A stretch of DNA of 64,000 bases from assembly GCF_019752415.1 (NCBI RefSeq), contig NZ_JAIEME010000039.1, positions 5,241 through 69,240 on the forward strand, read 5' to 3'. Position numbers and translations under genes: made by a program. Source of the stretch: Nitrosomonas sp. (GTDB lineage Bacteria; Pseudomonadota; Gammaproteobacteria; Burkholderiales; Nitrosomonadaceae). How positions within the stretch are numbered: the first letter of the stretch is position 1; each line of letters begins with the position of its first letter. Below, piece by piece: positions 20,011 to 29,062 of this stretch. Under the pieces are notes generated by a model, which searched no databases, was not told the origin of the DNA, and saw only the letters and a program-made list of their open reading frames with translations.

Positions 20011-21759
20011 ATGATCATGTCCTCTAACAAAAAAGATAAGCTATCTGATCAATTAAAAACTGAATCGGATCTTGTCGCAAATCAGGATGTTTCAGAAATA
20101 TCCAGCACACTAGATGCGAAGCCTACAAAAAATGTAGATGATACATTACAAATCGAGGTTATTCAGTCAAGGCCGCAAGAGTTTATCATTTCACCGAAGC
20201 GAACACATGGCCAAGCAGCTATTCAGATGCTTGCAAATGGAGAAAACCTAGTTAAAGACCTAAAAGCTTATGCTGGTCTAGACATCGAAATCGTGAATGT
20301 TCGCAAAAAGATAGGGATAGATACTCAGGCTGTCGATGGAGAAACTGCTGCTTTACTAGTCTCAATTGACCCACAAAAAGGCAGAGAGTTTGTTAATCAA
20401 TCAACCCTGCCGACAAGCCCGATTTGGGTAGATGAAAATTTTCGGATAACTTGCTCGGAGAGTATAACTAGTTTGTTCAGTGCCCAGACCTTTGTACAAG
20501 TATCTGATGGGGGAGCATCCGGTAGATTAGATATTTGCATTCTTGGTGAATCCGGAAAACCTTTGTCTAATTCGTCGGTGAAGCTGTACACCCCTTTGCA
20601 ACTTGTTCCCATTGTTGGAATTACGAATGAAGACGGTGTAGCAAGTTTTCAGTTGCCGGAAGCTATGATTGCCTCGATTGCTGGGCTTGTTATCGAACCA
20701 GAATCCATGCATTGGAGCAAGATAGTCAGAAACCCCATATTTAAAGCTGGAAAAATAAATAATATCAGGGTTCAAAGTTACGCGGATTTTGACAAGAATC
20801 TTTATGCTTCAGGCGCTCTCAGCTGGGGAGTTGGAAAGCTCGGTGTGTTTGATGAGAGTCGCTTGGTTGGTCGAGGGGTGAAAATTGGAATAATCGACTC
20901 TGGGTGTGATGCTACTCATCAGATGCTAAGTCATGTAACAAAAGGCGTTGACTTTAATCGCGGCGGCAGTGCCGAAAGCTGGAAGATTGATGAGATTGGT
21001 CATGGTACCCATGTGGCAGGGATCATTGGTGCAAGATATTCTGATGGAAGCCGACTGTCATTCCGTGGAGTTGCGCCAGAGGCTGAACTGTATATCTATA
21101 AGATTTTTCCTCAGGGTGACTTCTTTACTATGGGGGCTGCACTTGAAGCTGCTATAGCCGATAAGGTTGATATTATAAATATGAGCTTGGGATCAAAAGA
21201 TTTTTCAAATGATATAGCGGAATGCATTAATAAGGCCAAGAATGATGGGATCGCCTGCTTTGTTGCAGCCGGTAACTCTGGGGATGCGGTTCAGTTTCCT
21301 GCCAATTTAACGACATCCATCGCGGTAAGTGCAATTGGGCACAAAGCTTACCTCCCGATAGACTCGGTTTCTGCTAATACTTTCGTTCCGAACTTGTCTG
21401 AAGCTGAAGGGTTCTTTTCGCCATCATTTACATGTTTTGGAAATAGTATCGATTTCGCCGGCCCAGGTGTTGGTATTATTTCCACAGTCCCTAGAGGCGG
21501 AATAAAAGTGCTAGACGGGACCTCAATGGCCGCGCCCCACTTGACTGGTTTGGCCGCTTTATATCTTGGTGAGTCGAATAACATGTCACGTACTGCAACG
21601 AGAGTTGACTATATTTACGATTGTCTAAAGCGTATGGTTAAACCGATGGCGTTCGCATCAGAACGGATCGGGGTGGGAATGCCTTGCCTTGCCGGTGGTT
21701 CATCACCCTTAAGAAGAACCTCTTTTTCAGTTAGCGGTGGTGCATCATGTGGATGGTAG
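20011..21759 (+). CDS. S8 subtilisin-like serine protease, no signal peptide, with ~280-aa N-terminal extension
   Basis: 582 aa. Catalytic D296 (VKIGIIDSGCD), H331 (HGTHVAGIIG), N422 (AAGNSGD), S505 (DGTSMAAPHLTG). The N-terminal region has an I9-like stretch and a prealbumin-like stretch (RLDICILGESGKPLSNSSVKLY..TNEDGVASFQL). Confidence 0.85.
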   Translation: MIMSSNKKDKLSDQLKTESDLVANQDVSEISSTLDAKPTKNVDDTLQIEVIQSRPQEFIISPKRTHGQAAIQMLANGENLVKDLKAYAGLDIEIVNVRKKIGIDTQAVDGETAALLVSIDPQKGREFVNQSTLPTSPIWVDENFRITCSESITSLFSAQTFVQVSDGGASGRLDICILGESGKPLSNSSVKLYTPLQLVPIVGITNEDGVASFQLPEAMIASIAGLVIEPESMHWSKIVRNPIFKAGKINNIRVQSYADFDKNLYASGALSWGVGKLGVFDESRLVGRGVKIGIIDSGCDATHQMLSHVTKGVDFNRGGSAESWKIDEIGHGTHVAGIIGARYSDGSRLSFRGVAPEAELYIYKIFPQGDFFTMGAALEAAIADKVDIINMSLGSKDFSNDIAECINKAKNDGIACFVAAGNSGDAVQFPANLTTSIAVSAIGHKAYLPIDSVSANTFVPNLSEAEGFFSPSFTCFGNSIDFAGPGVGIISTVPRGGIKVLDGTSMAAPHLTGLAALYLGESNNMSRTATRVDYIYDCLKRMVKPMAFASERIGVGMPCLAGGSSPLRRTSFSVSGGASCGW

Positions 21760-22278
21760 TTAAAAAGTAACAATTAAAATGGAGATGGCGGGTCAGCAAT
21801 CGTGAATGCCGAAGGTAGTAATCAAGCTAGATTCCACAATGGCAGCGATGAATTTAGTATTGACTTATTGCTCTCTGCCCGCTCAGTTGGGCAATACTCA
21901 TTCTTGGCAGGTTTGATGATGAGCCTGGTTCAAAAACAACCTATAAGGCCATATATTGAGATTGGACAAAAAAATAATGCAACCACTTCTACTTATTGTT
22001 ATTTTCTCAATATTCTTCTTGCATACAGTTATTTACAGAACTCGAAGTGGTGTCTGTAAAAACGGCAATAACAATTTTCAGTTAAGATGCTTGTTGATTC
22101 CTTAGCTTTAGATTCTACCTATAGTTAAAGGAGAAAATATGGCACAAAATTGATTGTGACAAATTTGTGTCAAGGAATGATACAAATGGCATAAATTATA
22201 GTTGTGTGACATTGATTCTAACTATTGCAAGCGCTGTAAGTGACTGTTATTTAAATATATCTAATGTAGAAATTGTGT

Positions 22279-22332
22279 CTCATAATCCCTTGGTCGCTGG
22301 TTCGAGTCCAGCCAGACCCACCAACAAATCAA
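22279..22332 (+). repeat. att core copy 2: displaced 3' fragment of tRNA(CAU)
   Basis: CTCATAATCCCTTGGTCGCTGGTTCGAGTCCAGCCAGACCCACCAACAAATCAA. Identical to 15375-15428 except for a compensated T-stem pair (A..T versus G..C). Followed by a hairpin (CACTTAGT..ACTAAGTG) plus a T run. Confidence 0.9.
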
Positions 22333-22634
22333 TCACTTAGTGAAACTTACTAAGTGCTTTTTTCTTTTATGGGGCACTAGCGGGACATTTTTCTGCGACA
22401 ATCCACCAATCCCAGCAACAATAAAATTGCCCGGTCATTTCATCCTGTAATTTTGTAAACATACCGATAATATTTACGCTTAACTGATTTTTTGCGCGTG
22501 TAGCGGATAAACCAATAAAGATTATCGAGCTCTGGGTCATATTTTTCGCGCCGGTCGGCGTTGCGCCCATGGTTTTAGCTCCAGGCTAAAAAATATTTTC
22601 AACTTCAGTATCTTATTTCATGATTAGAACATGG

Positions 22635-23579
22635 TTATTTTATTTCTCTAGGTATTATTGAGGAAAGATGTAAAAGTGTACCCTCTAAATCTGGGAATAA
22701 AGTAAGTTCACGTATATTCATTGTTTCTAATTTTACTTTCAGAATGGCATGAAGATGAGCAGGAATGCGAAGTTTAATTATTTTTGCTTTTTGCCATAAA
22801 TCAAAAAGTCCTTGATCGTCGTTAGGTACTTCACGTTCAGGAGTTTCAATTTTTAACATTCGTAACATATGAAACAAATTAAACTCAAAATCATATCGAA
22901 CGTTAAACGGAGCTAAGAAAGCACCTTGCTGAGAAACAAGTCTTCGAGAAATCCAAAAAGGTTCAACAAAAGCTACTCCTGGTTTATCTACAAAACCCCG
23001 CATTGCTGCATCAATCACTTTCAAAGCATTTAATTTATTGGGTATGTAGGGATGTTTGAGAGTTTCGATTGTTGGAGGAGAAAATTGTTTATATGGATTT
23101 TTAGGAAATGGAAACGATGGATCTTGATTATAACTAGCTACAGTATAGATTGTTTTACGTAGCCATGAATCATTGGCTTTATAGTCCCAATTATGATCAT
23201 ATGATCTATTAATTTCCATAGGCGAAAAGATCCACACAGCAGCATCAACATTCGGCTGGGCGTCACGAATAGCGAAATAGCATGCAATATAAAGTGATCG
23301 AGTAACATCAAGTAATCTAGTTGGAACGCCTCTATGTCTAAGAAAAGAAAGCCATGATAAATAATCTTCTTCATCTGGTAACTGAGAAAAAAATTCATGA
23401 AACCTTTGTTGCGCTTCAGTCATGATTTTTAACTCATACCTTTCTAAACCAGTTTCCTTAAGTACAGATTCAGGCACATTTCGTTCAAGATGTGTTTCCA
23501 ATTTCCATGAGTAATTACTTTGCCCTCGATATAAAGGTTTTGGATCTGCAGTATCGTATCGATGTGCAAGTCGATACAA
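22635..23579 (-). CDS. FRG-domain-like protein
   Basis: 314 aa with a TTG start. N-terminal PLYRGQSNYSWKLETHLER matches the (F/Y)RGQ signature and spacing of FRG domains. Confidence 0.5.
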   Translation of the reverse strand: MYRLAHRYDTADPKPLYRGQSNYSWKLETHLERNVPESVLKETGLERYELKIMTEAQQRFHEFFSQLPDEEDYLSWLSFLRHRGVPTRLLDVTRSLYIACYFAIRDAQPNVDAAVWIFSPMEINRSYDHNWDYKANDSWLRKTIYTVASYNQDPSFPFPKNPYKQFSPPTIETLKHPYIPNKLNALKVIDAAMRGFVDKPGVAFVEPFWISRRLVSQQGAFLAPFNVRYDFEFNLFHMLRMLKIETPEREVPNDDQGLFDLWQKAKIIKLRIPAHLHAILKVKLETMNIRELTLFPDLEGTLLHLSSIIPREIK

Positions 23580-23599
23580 ATCCTCCAGCTTTGTAACTG

Positions 23600-23809
23600 T
23601 CAGATATTGAACAAAAATTCCTCAGGCTCTGGTGCGATTTGATATTGATAGCCTGGTATACGAAAAGCATCATCAGGATATTTCGCACCTTTTATGTCTG
23701 AATAGAAATCTTTTCTTTCAGAGCTATCATTATTTTTATAAGTAATCCACATGTGCTCAACGTATGACCAATGTTTCTTTTCTGCGTCACTATTATTATC
23801 CGAACTCAT
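23600..23809 (-). CDS. small hypothetical protein upstream of the FRG-like gene
   Basis: 69-aa ORF ending 20 nt upstream of the FRG-like gene start. Confidence 0.35.
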   Translation of the reverse strand: MSSDNNSDAEKKHWSYVEHMWITYKNNDSSERKDFYSDIKGAKYPDDAFRIPGYQYQIAPEPEEFLFNI

Positions 23810-24657
23810 TTTTATTGATTACTTAATGATGTAAATGATCATTTTAATTTATATAAACAGTCTCATGACAAAATATTAATTTTTTCTTTTTCCAATAATG
23901 GTGACAAAATCAGACTTACTCACGGAGCAATTTCAAAATGTACTTGATGGAATTAAGGAGTTGGATGATGTCATCAATGACCCTTTAAATATGGGAGAGC
24001 CATCAAGGGCAAGAACCATCAAAAAGCGTTCAGCAATAAGAGGTAGCCAGATTAAAGATAATCCGCGCGTTAGGGTTCTGGCAGCATGCCCCCTCTCAAG
24101 TTCGAGAGCATACCCTTCGCGCCGGACGACGGCGGTGCCACGTACTGATAAATTAGGTATTTCTTAACCCTTCTGTGGCTTTTGTGGTCAATTTCTATAG
24201 GTTTAATAAATATTGTAGAAACTGATAGTACAAATTAGATATTGTCTAAAATCAACACAATTAAATTGCCAACCTGCCTGTTACATGACTGGATTCTGTG
24301 GGGCACTAGTAGGACACTCACAGATAAAAAACCAGCAAAAACCACAATAAGCAGGTTATTGATTAAATCTGATTAACAGCGCAGGTTTCTTAGATAAAAA
24401 GAAACAAATACAGGAGGCTGTGCCCCCTTTCTGGATTAAATTTAGTTTGAATTCAATGATAAGTTTTATTTTACGTCGCGACATATAACCAATTAAACCT
24501 AAAAACTAATTAATGATTCCCACACCTACCATCTTCGAAGGTATGCTACCGCACAGATGAAAGTCCTTAATTGAAATATCCTAATCAAGGAAGTTATTCA
24601 TGCACCATAAAGAATGGAGGCTTCCAAAAAATAGTACAATCAACTGGAGATTAAAAA

Positions 24658-24951
24658 ATGATTAAATTTAAGAAATTTTCGACATCAATAACCGCTATTT
24701 TATTAATTATTTTTACCGGTGTGGCTTGTTCTGCAAGCGACCCAGCAGAAAAGGAAGCAGATCGCTTAGAGGATAGAGCCGATCAAATACGAAAGGAAGA
24801 TAAAGATAATAAAAAAGCTATAGAAAAAACCGGTGAAGCAATAGCGGATAAAAAGGAAGATGATGCGGATCGAGTAAGAAAAGCCGCTGAAGATACGGCC
24901 GATCGAATAGAAGATGATGCGGACAGGATTAGAAAAAACACAAAAGATTAA
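24658..24951 (+). CDS. small repetitive lipoprotein
   Basis: 97 aa. Signal peptide plus lipobox (FTGVAC). Charged repeats EDRADQIRK / EDDADRVRK / EDDADRIRK. GGAG upstream. Confidence 0.5.
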   Translation: MIKFKKFSTSITAILLIIFTGVACSASDPAEKEADRLEDRADQIRKEDKDNKKAIEKTGEAIADKKEDDADRVRKAAEDTADRIEDDADRIRKNTKD

Positions 24952-25323
24952 TGCAATATCTGTTATTAATTCAATTTTAATTTTGATAAGCTCATGTATA
25001 CATTCAAAACTCGAGTTACCTCTCTATAAGACATACTATTTTCTGAGTCGGGCAATGCTATATCGACTCGAGGGAATAGTATCGTTCAGCGTACCGAGCG
25101 CTTTTTGTACTGCGGCAATAAAATCTGCCGAATCATACAACATTATTTATGAAAATCAGTGATTCGTAATTGTCTGTAATATGATAAAGCGAATTCATTA
25201 TCATGATCTCTCCACCCAAAACAACCATATGCAAAAGCTCTCCGGTGAAAAGAGTCAGAGATTTTTCAGTTTCTTCGGTGAACTGGTCAGCGGCGCGATT
25301 CTTGAAAGTAAGAAGGATTAAAG

Positions 25324-25827
25324 TTAATGCAGTAATTGGGTAATTGCGTGCCGTTGCTGCGGAAACAAATGGATTATCTCTTCTTTGTGTATTTGAAAAC
25401 TGTGCATGAAAGGGATAATTTTAAATTGAATGAATTGACCCAAGTCATTCTCTTTAGAGAAATTGGCAGCAAAGCGCATGAAAAAATCAAGAACTTTGTC
25501 TTCATCTAATTGATGATATGGTTGCAAGGTATGACTACACAATAAATGACTTGTAGAGCACAAGAAAGGCGTTAAACGCTGAAACTGTTCAAAATCTTCG
25601 GATTCATAGTAACAACATGTCAAAAGATTGGCGAAATTGTTCTCAAGAGCAGCTAAGCGCAAGTTATGAAAAAAAGCAACGGTATGATATTGATAAGAAT
25701 TCTCAGGAATCTGCATAGCAGTTTCATAATCAATCTCTGGAATATGCAAATCAGCAATACATTGCAAATGATTAAACAATGAATAGCACATTCCTCCTAC
25801 TTGTTTATCTGTTTTCATTGGATTCAC
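25324..25827 (-). CDS. hypothetical protein
   Basis: 167-aa ORF with AGGTG upstream. No recognisable motif. Confidence 0.4.
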   Translation of the reverse strand: MNPMKTDKQVGGMCYSLFNHLQCIADLHIPEIDYETAMQIPENSYQYHTVAFFHNLRLAALENNFANLLTCCYYESEDFEQFQRLTPFLCSTSHLLCSHTLQPYHQLDEDKVLDFFMRFAANFSKENDLGQFIQFKIIPFMHSFQIHKEEIIHLFPQQRHAITQLLH

Positions 25828-25885
25828 CTCTAACTATAGAGACAATTTAATTAAAAGTTTGTTTCTGCCTTTCAAATAACAATGT

Positions 25886-26110
25886 TTATTGTCTAACTTC
25901 CTTGAAATGAAACATGGCAGTTCTTGCAGCTTTCCTTGCTGAATCATCAGCCTCATATTTTCCTTTCTCAATGGCTTGATCCAAACTTACAATCCCAACG
26001 GCCATATGAATACGATCTGCCGATGAAATATTTTTTTGGTTTTGAACTAAAAGAGCATGAATTTTTGCTATTTCTGAATGCTTCGAGATGGTTTTCCCAT
26101 CATCAGCCAT
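25886..26110 (-). CDS. small hypothetical protein (frame stays open upstream through a hydrophobic LLFSLLAC segment)
   Basis: 74 aa from the ATG. The upstream in-frame extension encodes ILFLSFNLLLFSLLACLAENH, so a non-ATG start producing an exported or lipoprotein form is possible. Confidence 0.35.
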   Translation of the reverse strand: MADDGKTISKHSEIAKIHALLVQNQKNISSADRIHMAVGIVSLDQAIEKGKYEADDSARKAARTAMFHFKEVRQ

Positions 26111-26641
26111 AATTGCAGCCTCAGAATATCTAATCGCTTGATGTAAATGGTTTTCTGCCAGACATGCTAATAGAGAGAATAATAAAAGATTAAAAGACAG
26201 GAATAAAATATCTTAATAATTTTAATCTTTTTAAAGCAAAATTCAGAAGCTCTTACAGTGTCAGCAAGCATAATTAAAACTTCCGAAATCACAGAGAAAA
26301 AATAAGTATAAAGATATGGATTTATTCTAATGCTTTAAACAAGCTGGCTAAATGCTCTATTCGTAATAATCATGTTTAAAGTTTTTTTAGAAACAACTCA
26401 TTCGTAACTTATTGCAGGGCGCTATTGTGGTTTTTGTGGTCAGTTTTCTATAACTTTAAAAAGTTATCACAAGAAGGGATGGGGCAATTACCCCGCAGTA
26501 AATAATGGGGCACTGGTGGGGCACTCACAGATAAAAAACCAGAAAAAAGCACGACAAGCAGCAATAAGAGTGCTGAATTAACTATTTGATAGAATTGCTT
26601 TAGTTTGTTGTTATGTGTTGTAACTTATTGATTAAATAGGA

Positions 26642-26695
26642 CTCATACTCCCTTGGTCGCTGGTTCGAGTCCAGCCAGACTCACCAATAAATCAA
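26642..26695 (+). repeat. att core copy 3: degenerate 3' fragment of tRNA(CAU)
   Basis: CTCATACTCCCTTGGTCGCTGGTTCGAGTCCAGCCAGACTCACCAATAAATCAA, with a few mismatches to copy 2. Followed by a hairpin (AGTGCTTAG..CTAAGTGCT) and a T run. Confidence 0.8.
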
Positions 26696-27156
26696 GTGCT
26701 TAGAGACTAATAATCCTAAGTGCTTTTTCTTTTCTAAAAATTGTAAACGTTTTGTAGCCACGTTTTATCAATGGCATTTGTTACATCAAGAAAACAACAC
26801 GCAAAAAGAAACCAGCACCTGAGGAGTACTGGCAAAGGAATTTATTCAACCATCCGTCTATGCACTGGTATTTTGTACACTGATTGATGCGGTTAGAATC
26901 AAAAAAGGGAGAGTTGATTCACCCAATTAGAGTGATTAAGCTTTTATTGGTTCCAATTTTTGTTTCGCTGCTTCATTCCAGTAACCATTGATGCGGGATC
27001 ACCCCACGCCCACAAACCCAGAGGGTCCGTTGTACATCAGCGGATTGGCCTCGGCGTAAAGATACGTAGAGCTTGCTCATAAAGCATAAGTATATGACTA
27101 TACTTAATAATATTGTATTTTTGTTACTAGTGCACGTAAACATGTGAATTAACGCC

Positions 27157-27213
27157 AAAACCGTGCACTATGATTCGTTATAGCAGCCAAAAGCAATCAT
27201 AGTGCACGGTTTT
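27157..27213. terminator. perfect 19-bp inverted repeat hairpin (AAAACCGTGCACTATGATT ... AATCATAGTGCACGGTTTT)
   Basis: Read directly. 19-nt loop. A-run and T-run flanks give it a bidirectional-terminator shape. Sits just outside the IS4-type end. Confidence 0.45.
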
Positions 27214-27229
27214 TCGAGTTGGTTCATCT

Positions 27230-27546
27230 CATTAGTGTCCGGCAATTTAGTTGAATAAATTCAGTTGATTATAATTCTCTGAGGTATTCACTTTCACCTC
27301 TTCATTTTTAACCAATTGATCGACAGGTGTTTTCTCGAAAAGAGTCAGGCTTAAAATCTGTAGAATTGTGTAAGCGAAGCTTCGGTATTGAGCTGCTTTT
27401 TCACGATGGCAACCAAGACATAAACCGATATGGCAATCCATATCTGCGTCTTGTGTTAACGGAATATCCGCTTGGCACGCCCATACCGTTACCCAATTGG
27501 TTGTTGCGCCACTACTGGGTAGTGCCCCATCTGTACCAACAACAAT
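27230..27546 (-). mobile_element. IS4-family IS fragment (one terminal IR plus transposase C-terminus)
   Basis: End CATTAGTGTCCGGCAATT. Encodes ..YTILQILSLTLFEKTPVDQLV..NYNQLNLFN. ~215 bp are highly similar to 48530-48745. Truncated by the next IS fragment. Confidence 0.7.
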
Positions 27547-28259
27547 ATGCAATGTATAAAACCAAAACCAGACAGCTGTGATGGTCGCATTGTCAGTAAG
27601 CCGTATCTTCGGCCCATTATCAGGGATAAGCAAGGTAAAACAATGGAATTTGGCGCCGAAATTAGCGTGAGCCTAACGAGCAAAGGGTTGGCGCATGTCG
27701 ACAAGCCGCGCTGGAACGCGCAACATGAAGGCCATGATCTTGAAGCGCAAGATGAAGCCTACAAGAAACGTTATGGCTATTATCCTGAAGTCGTCATTGC
27801 TGACACGCTATATGGTTCACGTGATAATCGCAGCTATCTGGAACGTAATCACATCCGCTTCACAGGCAAGCCACTGGGACGTTCACCAAAGATTACACCT
27901 GAAAACAAAGATGAATTGATGCGCCTAAAAGCACAACGTCGACCGGAATATCGCGAGCGCATTCCGATTGAAGGAAAGTTTAATCAAGGAGAGTATGGAT
28001 ATCGACTTAACAGTATTCGAGCCAAGCACGCTGATACGTCTGCCGCATGGATTAATAGTATCTTCCTGGTTATGAACCTGCTCATCTTGATGCAGGTTTT
28101 TATTTGTCTAAGAAATCTTACTGCCAAAATAGCATTCTGGGTGATAAAAAAAGAGTATGCCCAGAGAAATCCCGCTTGCGCGTGCCTGCCAAATCATCTC
28201 AAACCGGAATTCTTACTTGGCAGCGCATATCTGATTGCTGAATTTCTGAGTAAGCTCTA
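27547..28259 (+). mobile_element. IS5/IS1182-like DDE transposase C-terminal fragment with its IS end
   Basis: ..MEFGAEISVSL..YPEVVIADTLYGSRDNRSYLERNHIRFTGKPLGR..IEGKFNQGEYGYRLNSIRAK..SIFLVMNLLIL. Similarity to the inverted copy at 37823-38035 stops at ..GAATTTCTGAGTAAGCTCTA. Confidence 0.65.
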
Positions 28260-28636
28260 CCTAGCATACTTTGCAACACTTGCCTGTAAACTTCCTTACA
28301 AAAGTTGCGCTTCAAAGTTGAATCCGCCCATCTTACAACTCGAAATAAAATAACTACCCGCAATACGCAACTGCGCCAAATTGTACATTCAATCAAAGAA
28401 CCTCCTTGAGGACAGCTTAAACCTGTTCATCAAAGATGATCCGCCTATATTTTCCGGAAATACCAAGTGACACATCAAAACATCAACATATTGATTCTTA
28501 TTGATATATTCTCAAATCCATATATTCTACGTCGCAAGCGGCGGGGAATATAACCCAAAGAGATTCAAAACATATTTCTCTCAAATTTTTACATTGCTTG
28601 CCGCTATATACAATATAAAAGTTAAGGAGAGATTTC

Positions 28637-28837
28637 ATGGATGTTACAGGTATAGCAAATGTAGCCACGTCAATGGCCGATGCCAGCGCCAATCAGGCAG
28701 TCGGTATTGCAGTTCTTAAAAAAGCAATCGATATAAATGCTGCGGGTGCTCTCGCTTTGATTGAAGCGCTTCCGGATAATAGTTCCACACAGAATTTACC
28801 GGCGCATCTTGGAAAAAATATTAATACCACCGCTTAG
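28637..28837 (+). CDS. YjfB-like putative motility protein
   Basis: 66 aa. MDVTGIANVATSMADASANQAVGIAVLKKAIDINA..HLGKNINTTA matches the YjfB_motility pattern. GGAGAG SD upstream. Confidence 0.65.
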   Translation: MDVTGIANVATSMADASANQAVGIAVLKKAIDINAAGALALIEALPDNSSTQNLPAHLGKNINTTA

Positions 28838-29062
28838 TCGTATATTTTTTTCCGGCCATTACAGCGCTACTTATCGCTTGTAGCTCAATTCTTCTGTTTA
28901 TCAATCCAATAATTGGGCTACTTATCACAGAAGATTGCGGAGATTCAACTGAGGATATTGCTAATTCTTCAATCAAGGCGATTCTTATTTTTTCTTCTGA
29001 TGCCATAGCTATGTCAATTCCACAACCACATCCACCGATTTTCTAAGTAGATTGCCCTCACA

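Larger units (their letters stand above)
22333..26695. mobile_element. island 2 (~4.4 kb), integrase-less remnant in tandem with island 1
   Basis: Bounded by att core copies 2 and 3 (the latter 26642-26695, more diverged). AT-rich with orphan ORFs. No integrase is present. Confidence 0.65.

Noticed and set aside
22279-22332. Additional tRNA genes at 22279-22332 and 26642-26695.
   Set aside because: Only the 3' portion (anticodon loop to CCA) is present, with no acceptor 5' strand or D-arm. These are att-site duplications, not functional tRNAs.
23898-24167. 89-aa ORF in island 2.
   Set aside because: Its C-terminal half is the GC-rich patch (Pro/Arg/Ser/Ala-rich read-through). Only the first ~40 aa look protein-like. 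It was left unannotated as doubtful and is not fully excluded.
28821-29006. 61-aa minus-strand ORF between the yjfB-like and Crp-family genes.
   Set aside because: It is short, has no SD sequence or motif, and overlaps the yjfB-like 3' end. There is insufficient evidence.
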